Below are positions 35,987-48,274 of a stretch of DNA of 64,000 nucleotides, in pieces (positions within the stretch are counted from its first letter, which is position 1; each line of letters begins with the position of its first letter). The stretch spans positions 2,758,123 through 2,822,122 of the forward strand of contig MU053557.1 of the NCBI GenBank assembly GCA_013239625.1, written 5' to 3'. Both the position numbers and the translations under genes were made by a program. The notes beneath the pieces were generated by a model. It saw only the letters and a program-made list of their open reading frames with translations, ran no database searches and was not told the origin of the DNA. The DNA comes from Lama guanicoe. Taxonomy: Eukaryota.

Positions 35987-37806
35987 TTCTAATGGTTAGG
36001 AAAATACGCTTTAAAGGCAGATTGACCTGGAACTTAAACTGTGGAGATACTGATAACTTTTTGACCTCAGGAAAGTTGAAATTGCCTCAGAATTCTGGTT
36101 CCTCAATAGCAAAATGGAGATAATAATGATCAACGAGTAATAGAAAGAAAATGCTCGAGCCAGAGTTGGCACCTCATACACTCACAATAGGTGGTGGGTT
36201 CTGCCAATATCATGATCAATATAATAATTATTTCTATTGTTATCTTCTAAATATGCTTTGGCTTCCCTGTCTCTGAGCTATTAGTGATATTCTTGTCTAT
36301 ACAGGGGCTGTTCTCTTAGAGGCTTCTCTACCCCCTTGAAAGCCAACTGCAGTAGAATAATATTTTGAAGAATTAAGAGGTAACTCTCACTCTTTCTCAG
36401 CTTATCATTCAAGGAGGAGAGATAGCCCTCTCTGTGTACACACAATTTAGGAAGAACCAGAAAGACCAAAGTGTTATATTATTTATTAATTTCTACCTAG
36501 ATTTTCATAACTTATAGCAGGAATATTAATCTTAAGAGTCTGGTGCTTGAGAGGGGAATAAATATGCCAGGAAGACTGAAAACTTGGCATTTATTCTACA
36601 AGGAAGAAAAAGAGGGAAGAATGCAGGTTGATTGCATCAGAGCATTATTATGAAAAGAGACCAAAGTCTGTCCACGGGGCAGGAAGCAGGAAGAGGGGAA
36701 GAGCAAGTCCACCAGCTGGATGTCCCCGAGTCTCTGACAAGGCTCCTCATGCCAAGGCCTGTGATGAGCAGATGAGTGAGAGAAGTTACAGACGGACTGT
36801 GGGAAATCTCACAGGCAGCAGTAGGAACTTATGCCTCAAGTTCTAAACTATGGCCCAGGGAAGCTGTAAGCTGCTTGGAGATGGAGGAGTTTCATGTCTA
36901 ACCAATATGGTGGCTGAGTGACAGATGTAACAACTGTTAATGCAGACTGACTATGGACATCTGCTTGGAATCTTGCAAGCTCAGTACAGGGTAAAGCGAC
37001 TGCTAGAATTTCCTCCAGCTCCTTGAGAGACAAGCAGAGACAGTTAAGAGCACACTGGTGGACCCAAGGTGCCGAGAGTCAAAATGAATGCATGGACATT
37101 GAACTGGAGGTCACTGAAAGATCACATTCAGCAGCAGCAGATAATACCATTAACATCAGGAACCAGATTTGTTTTTAAAGTCATACCCAAGCCATGACTG
37201 GAAGAAAATATAAACCTAATATATTTGATAAAGAACTTGTATCCACCCTATTTAAAACAACCCTTGCAACTCAATAATATAAAAACAACTTGATAAAAAA
37301 GGGGACAAAATTGTTGAAGATGCTTCACCAAAGAAAGTATATGAATGGCAAGTAAGGACATGAAAATATGTTCAATCTGATTAGTCATTAGGGAAACACA
37401 AATTAAAACCACAGTGAAAGCATTGCCTACCTGCTAAATCTGCTTAAAGTAACTATATCAAGTGTTGGTGAGGATGTGGAGCAACTGCAACTCTCATACA
37501 CAGCTGATGGGAATGCAAAATGGCACTCTGGAAAATATTTGACAGTTTCCTGTAAAGTTAAATGTACACCAATCCACTTCTAGATATTTTTTTGGGAGAC
37601 ATAAAAGCATATGTCCACACAAATATTTGAATTTTAATGTTTATAACAGCTTTATTTACAATAGCCAAAAACTGGAACAACCCAAATGTCCGCCAAATGG
37701 TGAATACTATAGTACATTTACACAAAGTTAACACTGCTCAGCAATGCAAAGGGACTAACTACTGATAAGTGCAACACAGATACATCTCAAAATCAATCTT
37801 GTTAGT

Positions 37807-37945
37807 GGGGGAATGGTGTAGCTCAGTAGCAGAGTGTGTGCTTAGCATGCACGAGGTCCTGGGTTCAACCTCCAGGACCTCTATTAAAAAAAATTAATAA
37901 ATGGACCTAAGTACCTACCCCTACCCCACTAAAAATACAAAAAAA
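37807..37945 (+). mobile_element. Vic-1-like SINE with a longer tail, nested in an old L1
   Basis: GTAGCTCAGTAGCAGAG...CTTAGCATGCACGAGGTCCTGGGTTCAA, then an A-rich tail. Confidence 0.85.
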
Positions 37946-38138
37946 CCTCCACAGTGTGGTAAGCGAAAGAAGCCAGAAACAAAATGCTGTACGATTCCAT
38001 TTGTGTGGCATTATAGAAAAGGCAAAACAATAGGTGACAACTGGCAGATCATTGGTTACCACTGCTAGAGGGTGGCAGGAGGGGACTTGCTTCACATTAG
38101 CAGAAGGTAAGTTTTTGGGGTGATGGAAATGCTCTCTG

Positions 38139-38638
38139 TGCTGTCCAATATGGCACACCCTATCCACAGACAGCTGCAGACTACCTGACATATGGCTCTT
38201 ATGACTCAGAGACTAGATTTTTAATTATATATAATTTAAATTCAGCCTAACATGAATGCAATGAAAAGTTGCAATGGACAACTAAGTATGCTTAGAACAA
38301 CATGGACATTTTAATTTATCTTCCAACTGTGAATTTTATAAAATCTAAATCTAAATCAAGTGTTTCTGGTGAAAATTAGTCTGAATTGGGATATCTTATA
38401 TGTGTAAAATACACAATGGATTTTGAAGAATTAACCTAAAAAAGATATAAAATACCTCACTCATATATTTTCATATTGATTAGATGTCAAAGTGATATTT
38501 GTATCTGCTAAGTTAGATAAACTACATTATTAAAATTGATTTTCCCTGTTTCTCATATTTTTTCATGCAGTTACTGGAAAATTTTTAATCACGTTATGAG
38601 CTTTAATGAGCTTTACATTACATTTCTATTGGACAGCA
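38139..38638 (+). mobile_element. Charlie1/MER33-type hAT MITE
   Basis: Perfect 12-bp inverted ends TGCTGTCCAATA (38139-38150) and TATTGGACAGCA (38627-38638). Confidence 0.82.
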
Positions 38639-38725
38639 TAATGTTATATAATGATTGTGGCAACTGTTATAAGACACCATTGTCAAATCTTACTGAATTG
38701 TACACTTAAAATTAGCAAAATTTCA

Positions 38726-38833
38726 GGGAGGATATAGCTCAGTGGTAGACTGAATGCTTAGTATGCATGAGATCCTGGGTTCAATCCCCAGTACCTCTAT
38801 TAAAAAATCAATCAATCATCAAACAATTTTTTA
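38726..38833 (+). mobile_element. Vic-1-like SINE
   Basis: A and B boxes; 18-bp TSD with 2 mismatches (38708-38725 and 38834-38851). Confidence 0.88.
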
Positions 38834-40139
38834 AAAACTAGCAAAGTTTCATAGGTTAACTCATAGGACGGATTAAAATAAACCAAAAAAACCCCCATTC
38901 ATATCAAAGAAGAGCCATCAGGTTAGACTAACAAGATGAATTATACCCGAAGCAGAGGAAGGATAAAGTGAGTGACACCTGGGAAGGACAAATATGTGTT
39001 ACTTCCTATGCAGAAAAGGTAAGTGACATCTGGAGCAGGAGCAAACCGAGTTATACCTGGGAGGAGGCGCTGCAGGAATCCAGGTCAGTACAGAAGACCT
39101 CAGCTGATTCCCATGAAGACAGAGGCTGGAACAGGGATGCTATTCTGGCAGGAAGGCAGAAGGTCAAGGAGGATTGGGTGTGTGTTAAGTTGAAATGTTT
39201 ACATCCAAAATTATCGGTATAAATCTGAAGGCCACTGGATTACCATGAATTGGCAAAACTGCATCTTCTGCCATCCGCTAAAGTGGAAGTTAAAATCAAG
39301 AAAGAAAGTTGCATTTTTGGTACCAGTGAGTTGCTGGACCCTTTGTGACATATAAACCATCTACCTGCCCTTTCCTGAAGGCCTGGCTCATGCAGCACTT
39401 TCTCCCAGAGTTTCTCCTGGACCCTGGTCAAAATTTGAATATTTCCTCTATTAGTGTTGTCCAAGGTTGGTTCACATTCCTATCAAGAATTTTCATGTAG
39501 TGGACAGTCCACGAACGTTTGTGGAGTTGATGTCATTACAGCTGGGGCTAACTGACAACAGCATTTATGTGTTGTCTGGTCTTCACAAAGTTGGAAAAGA
39601 GGCTGAAGCCAAGTGGGTGAATACGCTCTCAGACGCCGACCCACTGGCTGCAGTGTGTTAAGCACCAGCCCTGTGATTGCCAAGTTCCCTTACTTGGGAG
39701 GGCCCTTCTCCCTGGCCCTGTCTAACTGCTCCTTTGTCAAGGCCCACCTTTCTCCTTCCTTCTTCCATGCACTTTGATTTTCTGCTCCTTTGAAATCCTG
39801 TGCTACTTTATTATTGAGCAGTTGTTAAGTTATTTCCTGTTGTTTCATTTGTGTTTATCCTGCCTCTCCAACCACACTGTGAAGTTCTTGGGGGGCCTAT
39901 TTCACTCCCACAGTAGGTAGCACTTGGTTAGGCATTCAAGCTGGCTGATCAGGGGTTGGCTGCACTGAATTCCCTAGGAGAAAAAAACTCACACATTTTT
40001 CCTTCCTTATAAATAATAACCACTGTAGAGGAGATCTGGTGAACAGGACAGCAGCAATGACCATTTTATGAACATGCCCAAAGATAAGTTCTTGATATAC
40101 CATTCCCACATTTTGTCTTCTAAAATCAATGAATGTGAT

Positions 40140-41890
40140 TCCTAAAATCACATACCCAGAGTGACATGAGGCACCTCAGGGTACCACAGCAAACTCATGG
40201 GGTGCTGTGGCAGATTTTAGAGGCAAACACACCTGTCAGATACCAGGAAAACTATTAGCTTGAGGTAGATATCATAGTGCCAACATTAAATTGCGCTGCA
40301 TGTTATATCTTTGCCAAGTACGGTTTTCAGTGGCTGCGTGATGGAAACCAAGTATGATGCAAAAATCAACGTGGAAGAGCAAATCTGATTCCAAGGTTCA
40401 AGAAATTGTTGCAGTGCTCAACAGATGCACACACCCCCATTAGCAAGTACTCGTGGTTACTGAAAAATTACATTAAAAATATGTTTTTCCATTCTCTGAC
40501 ATAAGTCTTAGCAATGTTCTCCTAGGGCAATCTACTCAGGCAATAGAAATAAGAGCAAAAATAAACAAATTGGACCTAATTAAACCTATAAGCTTTTGCA
40601 CAGCAAAAGAAACCTGAAGCAGAACAAAACAACAACTTATGGAATGGGAGGAAATATTTGCAAATGATGTGACTAACAAGGGCCTAATTTCCAAAATATA
40701 TAAACAACTCATACCACTTAACAAAAAACAAACAACTCAAATAACAAAAAGCCCAATCCAAAAATGGGCAGAAGACCTAAAAAAGCAATTCTCCAATGAA
40801 GGCACAAAAATAGCCAATAGGCACATGAAAAAAATGCTTAATATCACTAATTATTAGAAAAATGCAAATCAAAACTATAATCACCTCACACCAGTCAGAA
40901 TGGCCATCATTCAAAAGTCCATGAATAATAAATGCTGGAGAAGGTGTGGAGAAAAGGGAACCCTCCTACACTGCTGGTGGGAATGTAGTTTGGTGCAGCC
41001 ATTATGGAAAACAGTATAGAGATTCCTCAAAAGACTAAAAACAGACTTACTCATAATCCAACAGTCCTACTTCTGGGTATACATCTGGGAGGAACTCGAA
41101 TTTGAAAAGATACATGCACCCCAATGTTCACAGCAACACTATATACAATACCCAAGATATGGAAGCAACCTAAATGTCTGTCGACAGATGACTGGATAAA
41201 GAAGTTGTGGTATATTTGTATAATGGAATACTACTCAGCCATAAAAAAGAATTAAATAATGTCATTTCTAGCAACATGGATGGACTTAGAGACTGTCATT
41301 CTAAGTAAAGTAAGCCAGAAAGAGAAAGAAAAATACCGTATCATACCACTCATATGTGGAATCTAAAAGAAAAAAAGAGGACGTTATGAACTCATCTACA
41401 AAACAGAAACAGATTTGCAGACATAGTCAATAATCTTATGGTTACCGGGGAAAGGGGGTGGGAAGAGATAAAGTTGGGAGTTTGAAATTTACAAATGTTA
41501 GCCACTATATATAAAAGTAGATTTTAAAAGTTTCTGCTGTGTAGCACAGGGAACTATGTTCAATTATCTTATAATAGCCTTTAACAAAAAAAAAACGTGA
41601 AAACAAATATATGTGTATATATGCATAACTAGGACATTGTCCTGTACATAAGAAATTGACACATTGTAACTGATGGCACTTCAGTTAAAAAATAAATAAA
41701 TAAAAATAAAAACCATGTTCTTCTAGTTTTTCAAAATGTTACTGAATTGTTTGGACATAAATACATGTTAAGTTGCTCCAACCTAACTACTTAATAAAGG
41801 AATTGTTAGACATTTATTTTGCTATAGGAGCTCTGAGAACCCGTTACTGTGACCATCAGAGCTCTGCAGACTGAGAGAATTTAGAGGTCT
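40140..41890. mobile_element. Old hAT-Charlie-type DNA element split by the 40493-41712 L1
   Basis: Flanks 40140-40491 and 41713-41890 resemble a MER119-like consensus from memory; sequence resumes after the TSD. Confidence 0.45.
40493..41712 (+). mobile_element. 5'-truncated L1 (degenerate ORF2 C-terminus plus 3' UTR)
   Basis: Aligns by eye with 18181-19100; frameshifted; (TAAA)n tail; degenerate TSD 40474-40491 and 41707-41725. Confidence 0.92.
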
Positions 41891-43344
41891 CTGCCCTGTA
41901 AGGTTCATATTATTGTTCTCTCGTTCTAGAGAAGAGACTGATGACCTGGAGTGTGGAACAATTTGTCCAGGGACACACACTAGTGAGTGCCAGACCTGAG
42001 ATTCAATTCCAGGTTCCCCTTAATAGAAAACTCATACTCCTAACCTCCTGCATTTACTTAAAGATCCTGGGGATCAGCTCTTGGAGACCATCACCAAAGA
42101 AAAAGCAGGTGGTCCATGGAGAAGTAACAGCAGGGGAGGAGTTCCTTTGGGGGGAAGAGAGGGCAGTGGAGGTCACAGAAAGAAGCAGGGTCAGTGACCC
42201 CAGCTGTTTCTAACCTCTAACTATTCCCACAACAGAAATTTACACTGAGAGATTAAGTGACTTACTGGAGGTCCCTTGAGGACCTCATCCATCCTCCTAG
42301 ACTATGATACCCTTCCTACATTAAAACCAGGAGGAAGAGGGAGTTACTCAGTATTAGCTTCAGCAGTTCTTGAATTCAGTTCATTAGCTTCTGGGGTGTT
42401 CCTGGATTTCGATTCTAACCTGAATACACTTCAAGGAATAACAATGTGACCCTTTTCTTATCCTGATGATCTGGGAGCATTTTCCTCACAATTACGCATG
42501 CATTACTATCCTCTTAAGAGGTCAGTAAAACCTTTCATTCTAAAATCTGATTTATTTGCATCCATAATCTTCCTGTTAGTTAGACAATCTGCATAATACC
42601 TTGGCATGAAATACTTTAACTAGGCTTTCCAAAATAGAGAAGGAAGACTCCTTAATGATGGAAGGCATTAACTATCTTAAATAGGAACCCATTTGCAGAT
42701 TAAATCTGCCAAGAGGTCAGCTTGCAGCTGCCACTGTGTGGCAAACCCCACGTGTCCTCCACATCACGTACTGTGACATATCTTGAGAAGAGCCAGGGTC
42801 TTTTCCAGTCTGCTGATTCTCTGTTTCAATTAGAATAGATTTAAGAGTCCCCAAGCTCTGGTTTCTAGGTGGCCTTGTACAATGTTATTAATAATTCAAT
42901 CATACCTGTGCTGATAACAGATTACATTTCTACCAACCCACAAAAAAGGCCCAAACAGATTAAGGACTACCTCACGGCTAATTTCTTAAGCAGTTTTCTA
43001 TTTGATTGACATCCATTTACCTAATTGCAGCTAGAAGATTTAATTTTCATTCTGTTGGCTTAAAATTAATGGGAAAAACCTGTTTACTTTTTAAATATTT
43101 GACTCATTCTTTCTCATCTCCTGCATAATGTCGAGATAGTTCACTCCATGGGCTGAATCCTATATTTTATCAGTTTTCACTCTCTGAATTCATTGCAGCT
43201 GTGTCTAGCTATTTACAGTTTGAATCCTCATATGAAATTTAATCTTTCATTGTAAATAATTTCATTTGTATGAGAGCCCAACAGTGAGGAGGGCAGCAGA
43301 GTGTTCATTTGGAAATTCTTTTTTATTTTTTAAATGAACTTGTT

Positions 43345-43510
43345 TCCTTCTTTTCTGCTTTACTTGAATCTCCATGAGAAGATGGCTGTTAGCCGAACCT
43401 ACTGTGGTAACCATATCCCGATATGTGTAAATCAAACCATCATGCTGTCCATCTTAAACTTATACACTGATATGTGTCAATTATATCTCAATAAAACTGG
43501 GAAAAAATAC
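43345..43510 (+). mobile_element. Short L1 3' tail
   Basis: Matches 15700-15840; ends TATCTCAATAAAACTGG. Confidence 0.75.
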
Positions 43511-43925
43511 ACAAAATTTTAGATAGAAACAATTTTTAGGGGCTCTATAGCCCTGGTTTGATCATTTATGAGCTGTGAAGTCACCCGGGACAGGTTACTC
43601 AACCCAGATTTGAGAGAAAGTAAGACAAATAAGGTGCCTTGTATGCAAAATTAAAGGAGGTGTTCACTGCTGAGGTTGGGACGTGATCCTGACAGTGAGT
43701 ACCTCCGTCCTTAACTTCTGTGTTCGAGGCTTGTAGCTTGCTTCACTCTAGTCCTGGCCCAGATTTCTGAACATCAGTTGCCTTATGGGCAAAAGGGTGC
43801 TACTAACAGCCATCTTTCCCATGGTGGGGTAGTGAGGATGAAATGAAATAATCCACAGAAAGCCCTTAGTACACTGCCGGGCACATGGCAAGCACTCAAT
43901 GATGTTCCTATTAATAGCATATTAT

Positions 43926-44289
43926 TGTTATGAACTGAATGTTGTGTGTGCCAACCCCCACCCATCATTCATATGTTGAAACCTTAACCCCCAGTGTGAT
44001 GGTATTTGGAGATGGGGCCTTTGGAAATGAAAGGGGTTAGATGAGGTCACGAGAGTAGGGTCCCCTAAGATAGGATAAGAGGAAGAGATTGGTACTTGTT
44101 CTTTCTCAACCATGTGAGGACACAGTAAGAAGGCGGCTGTCTGTAAGCCAGGAAGAGGGCTCTCTCCAGAACCCAACCATGCCAGCACCCTGGTGTTAGA
44201 CTTTCAGCCTCCAGAACTATGAGAAATAAATTCGTCTAAGCCACCCAGTCCATGGTATTTTATTATGGCAACACAAGCTGATTAAAACA
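43926..44289 (+). mobile_element. Solo MaLR LTR (MLT1A-like)
   Basis: TG...CA termini with perfect 5-bp TSD ATTAT (43921-43925 and 44290-44294); CAGCCTCCAGAACTATGAGAAATAAA. Confidence 0.9.
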
Positions 44290-44299
44290 ATTATGTTGT

Positions 44300-44848
44300 A
44301 TCATGCAATCTGATTGTGTTACCTCCAGCCTTTTAGTGGTTTCTTATGTTCCTTTTAGAATAAAGTATAAAATCATTAACATCTCCCCAAAGCCAAGCAC
44401 GGTCTGGTCTCTGCATACCTTTCCAGCAATATCTTCTAATACTTTATTTGGAGAGCTCTGCTGTAAACACACTGGTCTTCCTTTGGGTTCTTGAATGTAC
44501 TATGCTCCATATCCCTCTGCCTGCCACAGGGCCTTTGTATAGGCTGTTCCCAGTCAAAAGGGCTTTACCATACCTTCTGACAGAGTTAACTCTACTTCAT
44601 TCATATCACACTTCAACCATTATTTCCTCAAGGCTTAGATCAGATCTGTCAGATACTTTCTTGGTTTTTAAAATCAGTTATAATTGGTACGTATGCACTT
44701 ATTTGTCTGATTATTTGATTACTGTCTCTCTCTCCCACTAGATGTTAAACTCCAAGAAAGCAGGGACCTTTTCTGCTTTGATTAACAATTTATGCTTAGA
44801 ACAGGAATGTGTCAGTGAGTGTGCCTTAAATAATTGTTTAATGAATGA
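44300..44848 (+). mobile_element. L2 3' end
   Basis: CCCACTAGATGTTAAACTCCAAGAAAGCAGGGACC...AATGAATGA. Confidence 0.7.
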
Positions 44849-45476
44849 TATAAAAATAATATTGCCACTGCTCTATCTTTAAGAGGGCTATTATCAGCCA
44901 GGCACAGAGCGTGCGCTACCTCATGCGGGAGAACACTGCCTTTTATATCAACGTTCTTACTGCCTGTTTTTCCTCCTAGTGAGCCCAATGAGTCCTCTCT
45001 CTACATGGCCACACTTCAGTCCTATTTTCTTCCACATGCAGTCACCTTCTTTGTATATTTCTTAGTTCATTAGTGATTGTTGAGCACCTCCATTGGGCAG
45101 CACATTAAGCTTGGCTGGGTAAACATAGAGAATAAAGGTACACTCTTTGCACTTAGGGTTCTCCCTGCATTGTGGGGGACAACCTACACACACAGAGCCC
45201 GGATTTAAGACAGTGTATGGTAAGTTTTCTAAGAGAGGTGACAGGATAGTCTAAGGAGAGGAATCTTCTCATTTAAGGAATCAACAGCCACTTCCTGAAG
45301 ATGGTGACCTTTTTGAGCTAATACCTGAAGAATAGTAGGAGTTATATACTCAGAGAGTAGAGGGAAGAAAACCAATATTCTCAGTGCCAGACAGAAAAGA
45401 TGAACGAAGGATGTTGAGGCATTCTGTGCTTTCATAAAGATGTGACATTGGCTCCAATTTCTTATTCTTTCAACTA

Positions 45477-45513
45477 TTCGTTCATGCATTTGTTCATTCA
45501 TTCATTCATTCAT
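45477..45513. repeat. Imperfect (TTCA)n, the 3' tail of a minus-strand L2
   Basis: TTCGTTCATGCATTTGTTCATTCATTCATTCATTCAT. Confidence 0.8.
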
Positions 45514-46454
45514 ATAAAACCACCAATGTGCAAGTACTACCTTGGTATGGAAAAATATTAGGAAAGAAGACAAATCCCATGCTCTTTGGGGGATTATATA
45601 CTGAGTTCCACATGTTTAAATCCTATCTGTATGCAAGAAACTCTCACATCACAGGCAGGAAATGTTGCTAAAAACACCACGTGCTCAGCCCTGTAGTCAG
45701 ATACCTGCCTAACGCTTCATTTCAGGCCATTCTTGAAATGCAGTTGTCCTGTGGAGACTGCCTGCTCAGAGGGCAAAGTGTTTTAGAAGCAAGACTGAGT
45801 TTATATTTGACTGCAAGCATCTGTTTACTATGAGTTCAGAAGCACAGTGAGAGCCAACCACTTAAAACAAAGATAATGCTAAATACATGCTTGTTCTTGG
45901 TATCATTATTTGGGAGGTGGAGAAGGCAGAGGGAAAGGAGGATTGGTGGTTTGGAAAAGACATCTTCACATGCAACTGGCTTGGAGGAGGGGGACTTATG
46001 TTCAAGGAAGAGAGGCAAAAATCCGTGGGGCTTATTGTCTCCCATTTGAGTGGTCATTTCAGTCTAAGTTTCAAACTAGCCCTACAGCCAAGGCAGAAAC
46101 ACTTAAGAAAGTTCTCTGCTTAGTTAGAATGGAAAGAAACAGAGGCCAGTATGTGTTTCTAGGAAGACTTAAAAATCTCTTTGCACCCTAGACCTCTCTA
46201 CCTTCTGATTTCTGGTTTTTAAGGATCTGTCTAAACTTGTCACATTAAAACAACTCCTGCATCCTCCCACTCTCTTAGAGCCCTGAACCCAAAGACCCCA
46301 CAGGGCACGGTTCGTGATTTAGACAATTGTCTCTATCCTGAAAAGATGAAATTGAATTGAGACATGGAGAATTTGAGGAACTTGGCCATAATCTCAAATA
46401 AATGCAATAAATATATTTCTGTTACCACTCAGTAATTCAAGTTCAAGAACTAAA

Positions 46455-46562
46455 GCTGAGCTCTTAAAAAAGAATATGAAAAGGAGTATGTATAACAATC
46501 ACTATGCCATGCACCAGAAACTAACACAGCACTGTAAATCAGCTATGCTTCAATAAAAAAGG
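46455..46562 (+). mobile_element. Short L1 3' tail
   Basis: TCACTATGCCATGCACCAGAAACTAACACAGCACTGTAAATCAGCTATGCTTCAATAAAAA. Confidence 0.75.
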
Positions 46563-48240
46563 AAAATAAACAAATAGATTAAACTCTTAAATACTTTTAT
46601 GAATTAAACTGCAAGAAGACATCCTTTCAAGCAATGAGACTGTCTATGTCTCATTTACCTCTTATGTTCTACTGACGTGGGACTAGCTCAGAGCTTCCTG
46701 ATCCCCACGTACGAGGTCTCTGGCAGGATTGTCAGCAGGGGCTCACCTAGCTCCAAATCTATTTGTTATGAAGAATCAGCAAAGAGAGTGACATATGGTG
46801 GCAAGCAGGTGGATTTGAGAGGCAATATTAACTATGTATATATGAAATCACAACAAGTATAAATGTTTAATTTCCAATGTTTGAAAGAGAAAAGAGGGTT
46901 TCTTTGAAAGTGGACTTAAATGCATATGTAAATTAATTATAATTCTTGACATCCCTCGCACAAACCATTATTTCAGAAAATGATGCAATCATCTCAAACT
47001 AATATTGACATTTTGAACGTTACAATACTTTTAAAGATTTATTGCAGTATATGTTCTCCTTCCCCTAAAGAGGGCCTTCTAGCATGAGCGACACAAAATG
47101 CAAAAGAAGCCATGTGGTTTGTGTTCATCAAGCTCGTGTAACCTGGGCTGGAGGAAACCATCCACGGGGTCCTCTGGGAAGCAGGGGTTAGGGAGGCTGT
47201 ATTGGCACAACTGTCCCACTGGATTGCATCCTCGCCCCTTATTACCACCTGTATAAAGGTCACGCCCAAAGTTAATGATCTGTATGTCTTCCTGGGCACC
47301 ATCTCTCATCTCTGGTAATCTCTATCTTTAGGATGTGTTCACAATTATCTCCAAACTTGATCTGGTACATCCCACTAAAGAAAATACTCCAAATCTGGGG
47401 ACCAAATAGATACCAAATGGGGTAATGAAGCTGTTGTCACACACAAAAATGTTGTTGGCCAGGTTGGCCCTAACTTAAGTATGAAACATCTGTGGATAGG
47501 GACACTGGCAAAGAATAAAGGTCATATGCTGGTGAATAAATATTATAGGGTTGGGTTTTATGAACAAAGCCATCTTCTTTGACTACTTGGAGATGCATAA
47601 AGCAGATCTAGCATCCTAAAATGAGCTCCAAAGAGACCTAGTAGGAGTTGGTGTCTCTTACGTGGCACAGTTTGAGCCCCAGGCACCTAAAGTCCCTCTC
47701 TAGCTCAAAAGCATCTTTCTAAGTAGTCCACTCCTCTAGGCATTAGAACCACCAGTGGCTTCCACAAAGGCCATTTTCAGTTTCAGTTAAAAGAGATGCA
47801 TTCCAGAACTAAAATCCAAGATGTCACTTTTTCCTTCCTCCTTCTCCTTTCCTTCGTATCTAATTTATCAGCAAATCCTGTGGTTCTACTTCCTACATAG
47901 CTCTCAAACATGGCCTTATCCATCTTCACTGCCACTGCTCTGGTCCGAGCCACCATCATCACCACCTCCATGAGGAAGTAACAGCCTTCTCACTGGTCTT
48001 CCTGCTCCCACGTTTGCCCTGGGCCTGCTCTGCCAAGCAGCAAGAGAAACACATTTAGAAAAAAAATGTGAATTGGATCACGCCGTTGTACTGAAAATCC
48101 TCCATTGTCTTCCCCTGGTGCTCAGGATAAAATCCATATTGCTTACTCTGGCATTCAACTGAAAACATTCTTCCCACAGCCCTTTGCACGTCTAGTTCCC
48201 CATCTCCCACCTCATCAGCACAAAGTCATCCTCCCTACGG

Positions 48241-48243
48241 GCG

Positions 48244-48274
<31 letters not shown>
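48241..48274. repeat. Compound microsatellite (GC)6(AC)11
   Basis: Read directly from the sequence. Confidence 0.97.

Larger units (their letters stand above)
37215..38725 (+). mobile_element. Old L1 3' fragment hosting a SINE and a Charlie MITE
   Basis: Degenerate ORF2 end (GTGTTGGTGAGGATGTGGAGCAACTG) and 3' UTR resuming after the inserts (CTGAATTGTACACTTAAAA). Confidence 0.8.

Noticed and set aside
39200..39680. Possible ancient CR1/L3 fragment or coding remnant
   Set aside because: Similarity is too weak to call by eye.
47039..47309. Two overlapping minus-strand ORFs as a hidden exon or pseudogene
   Set aside because: No recognisable homology or clear splice-site pair; a BLAST or RNA-seq check would be needed.
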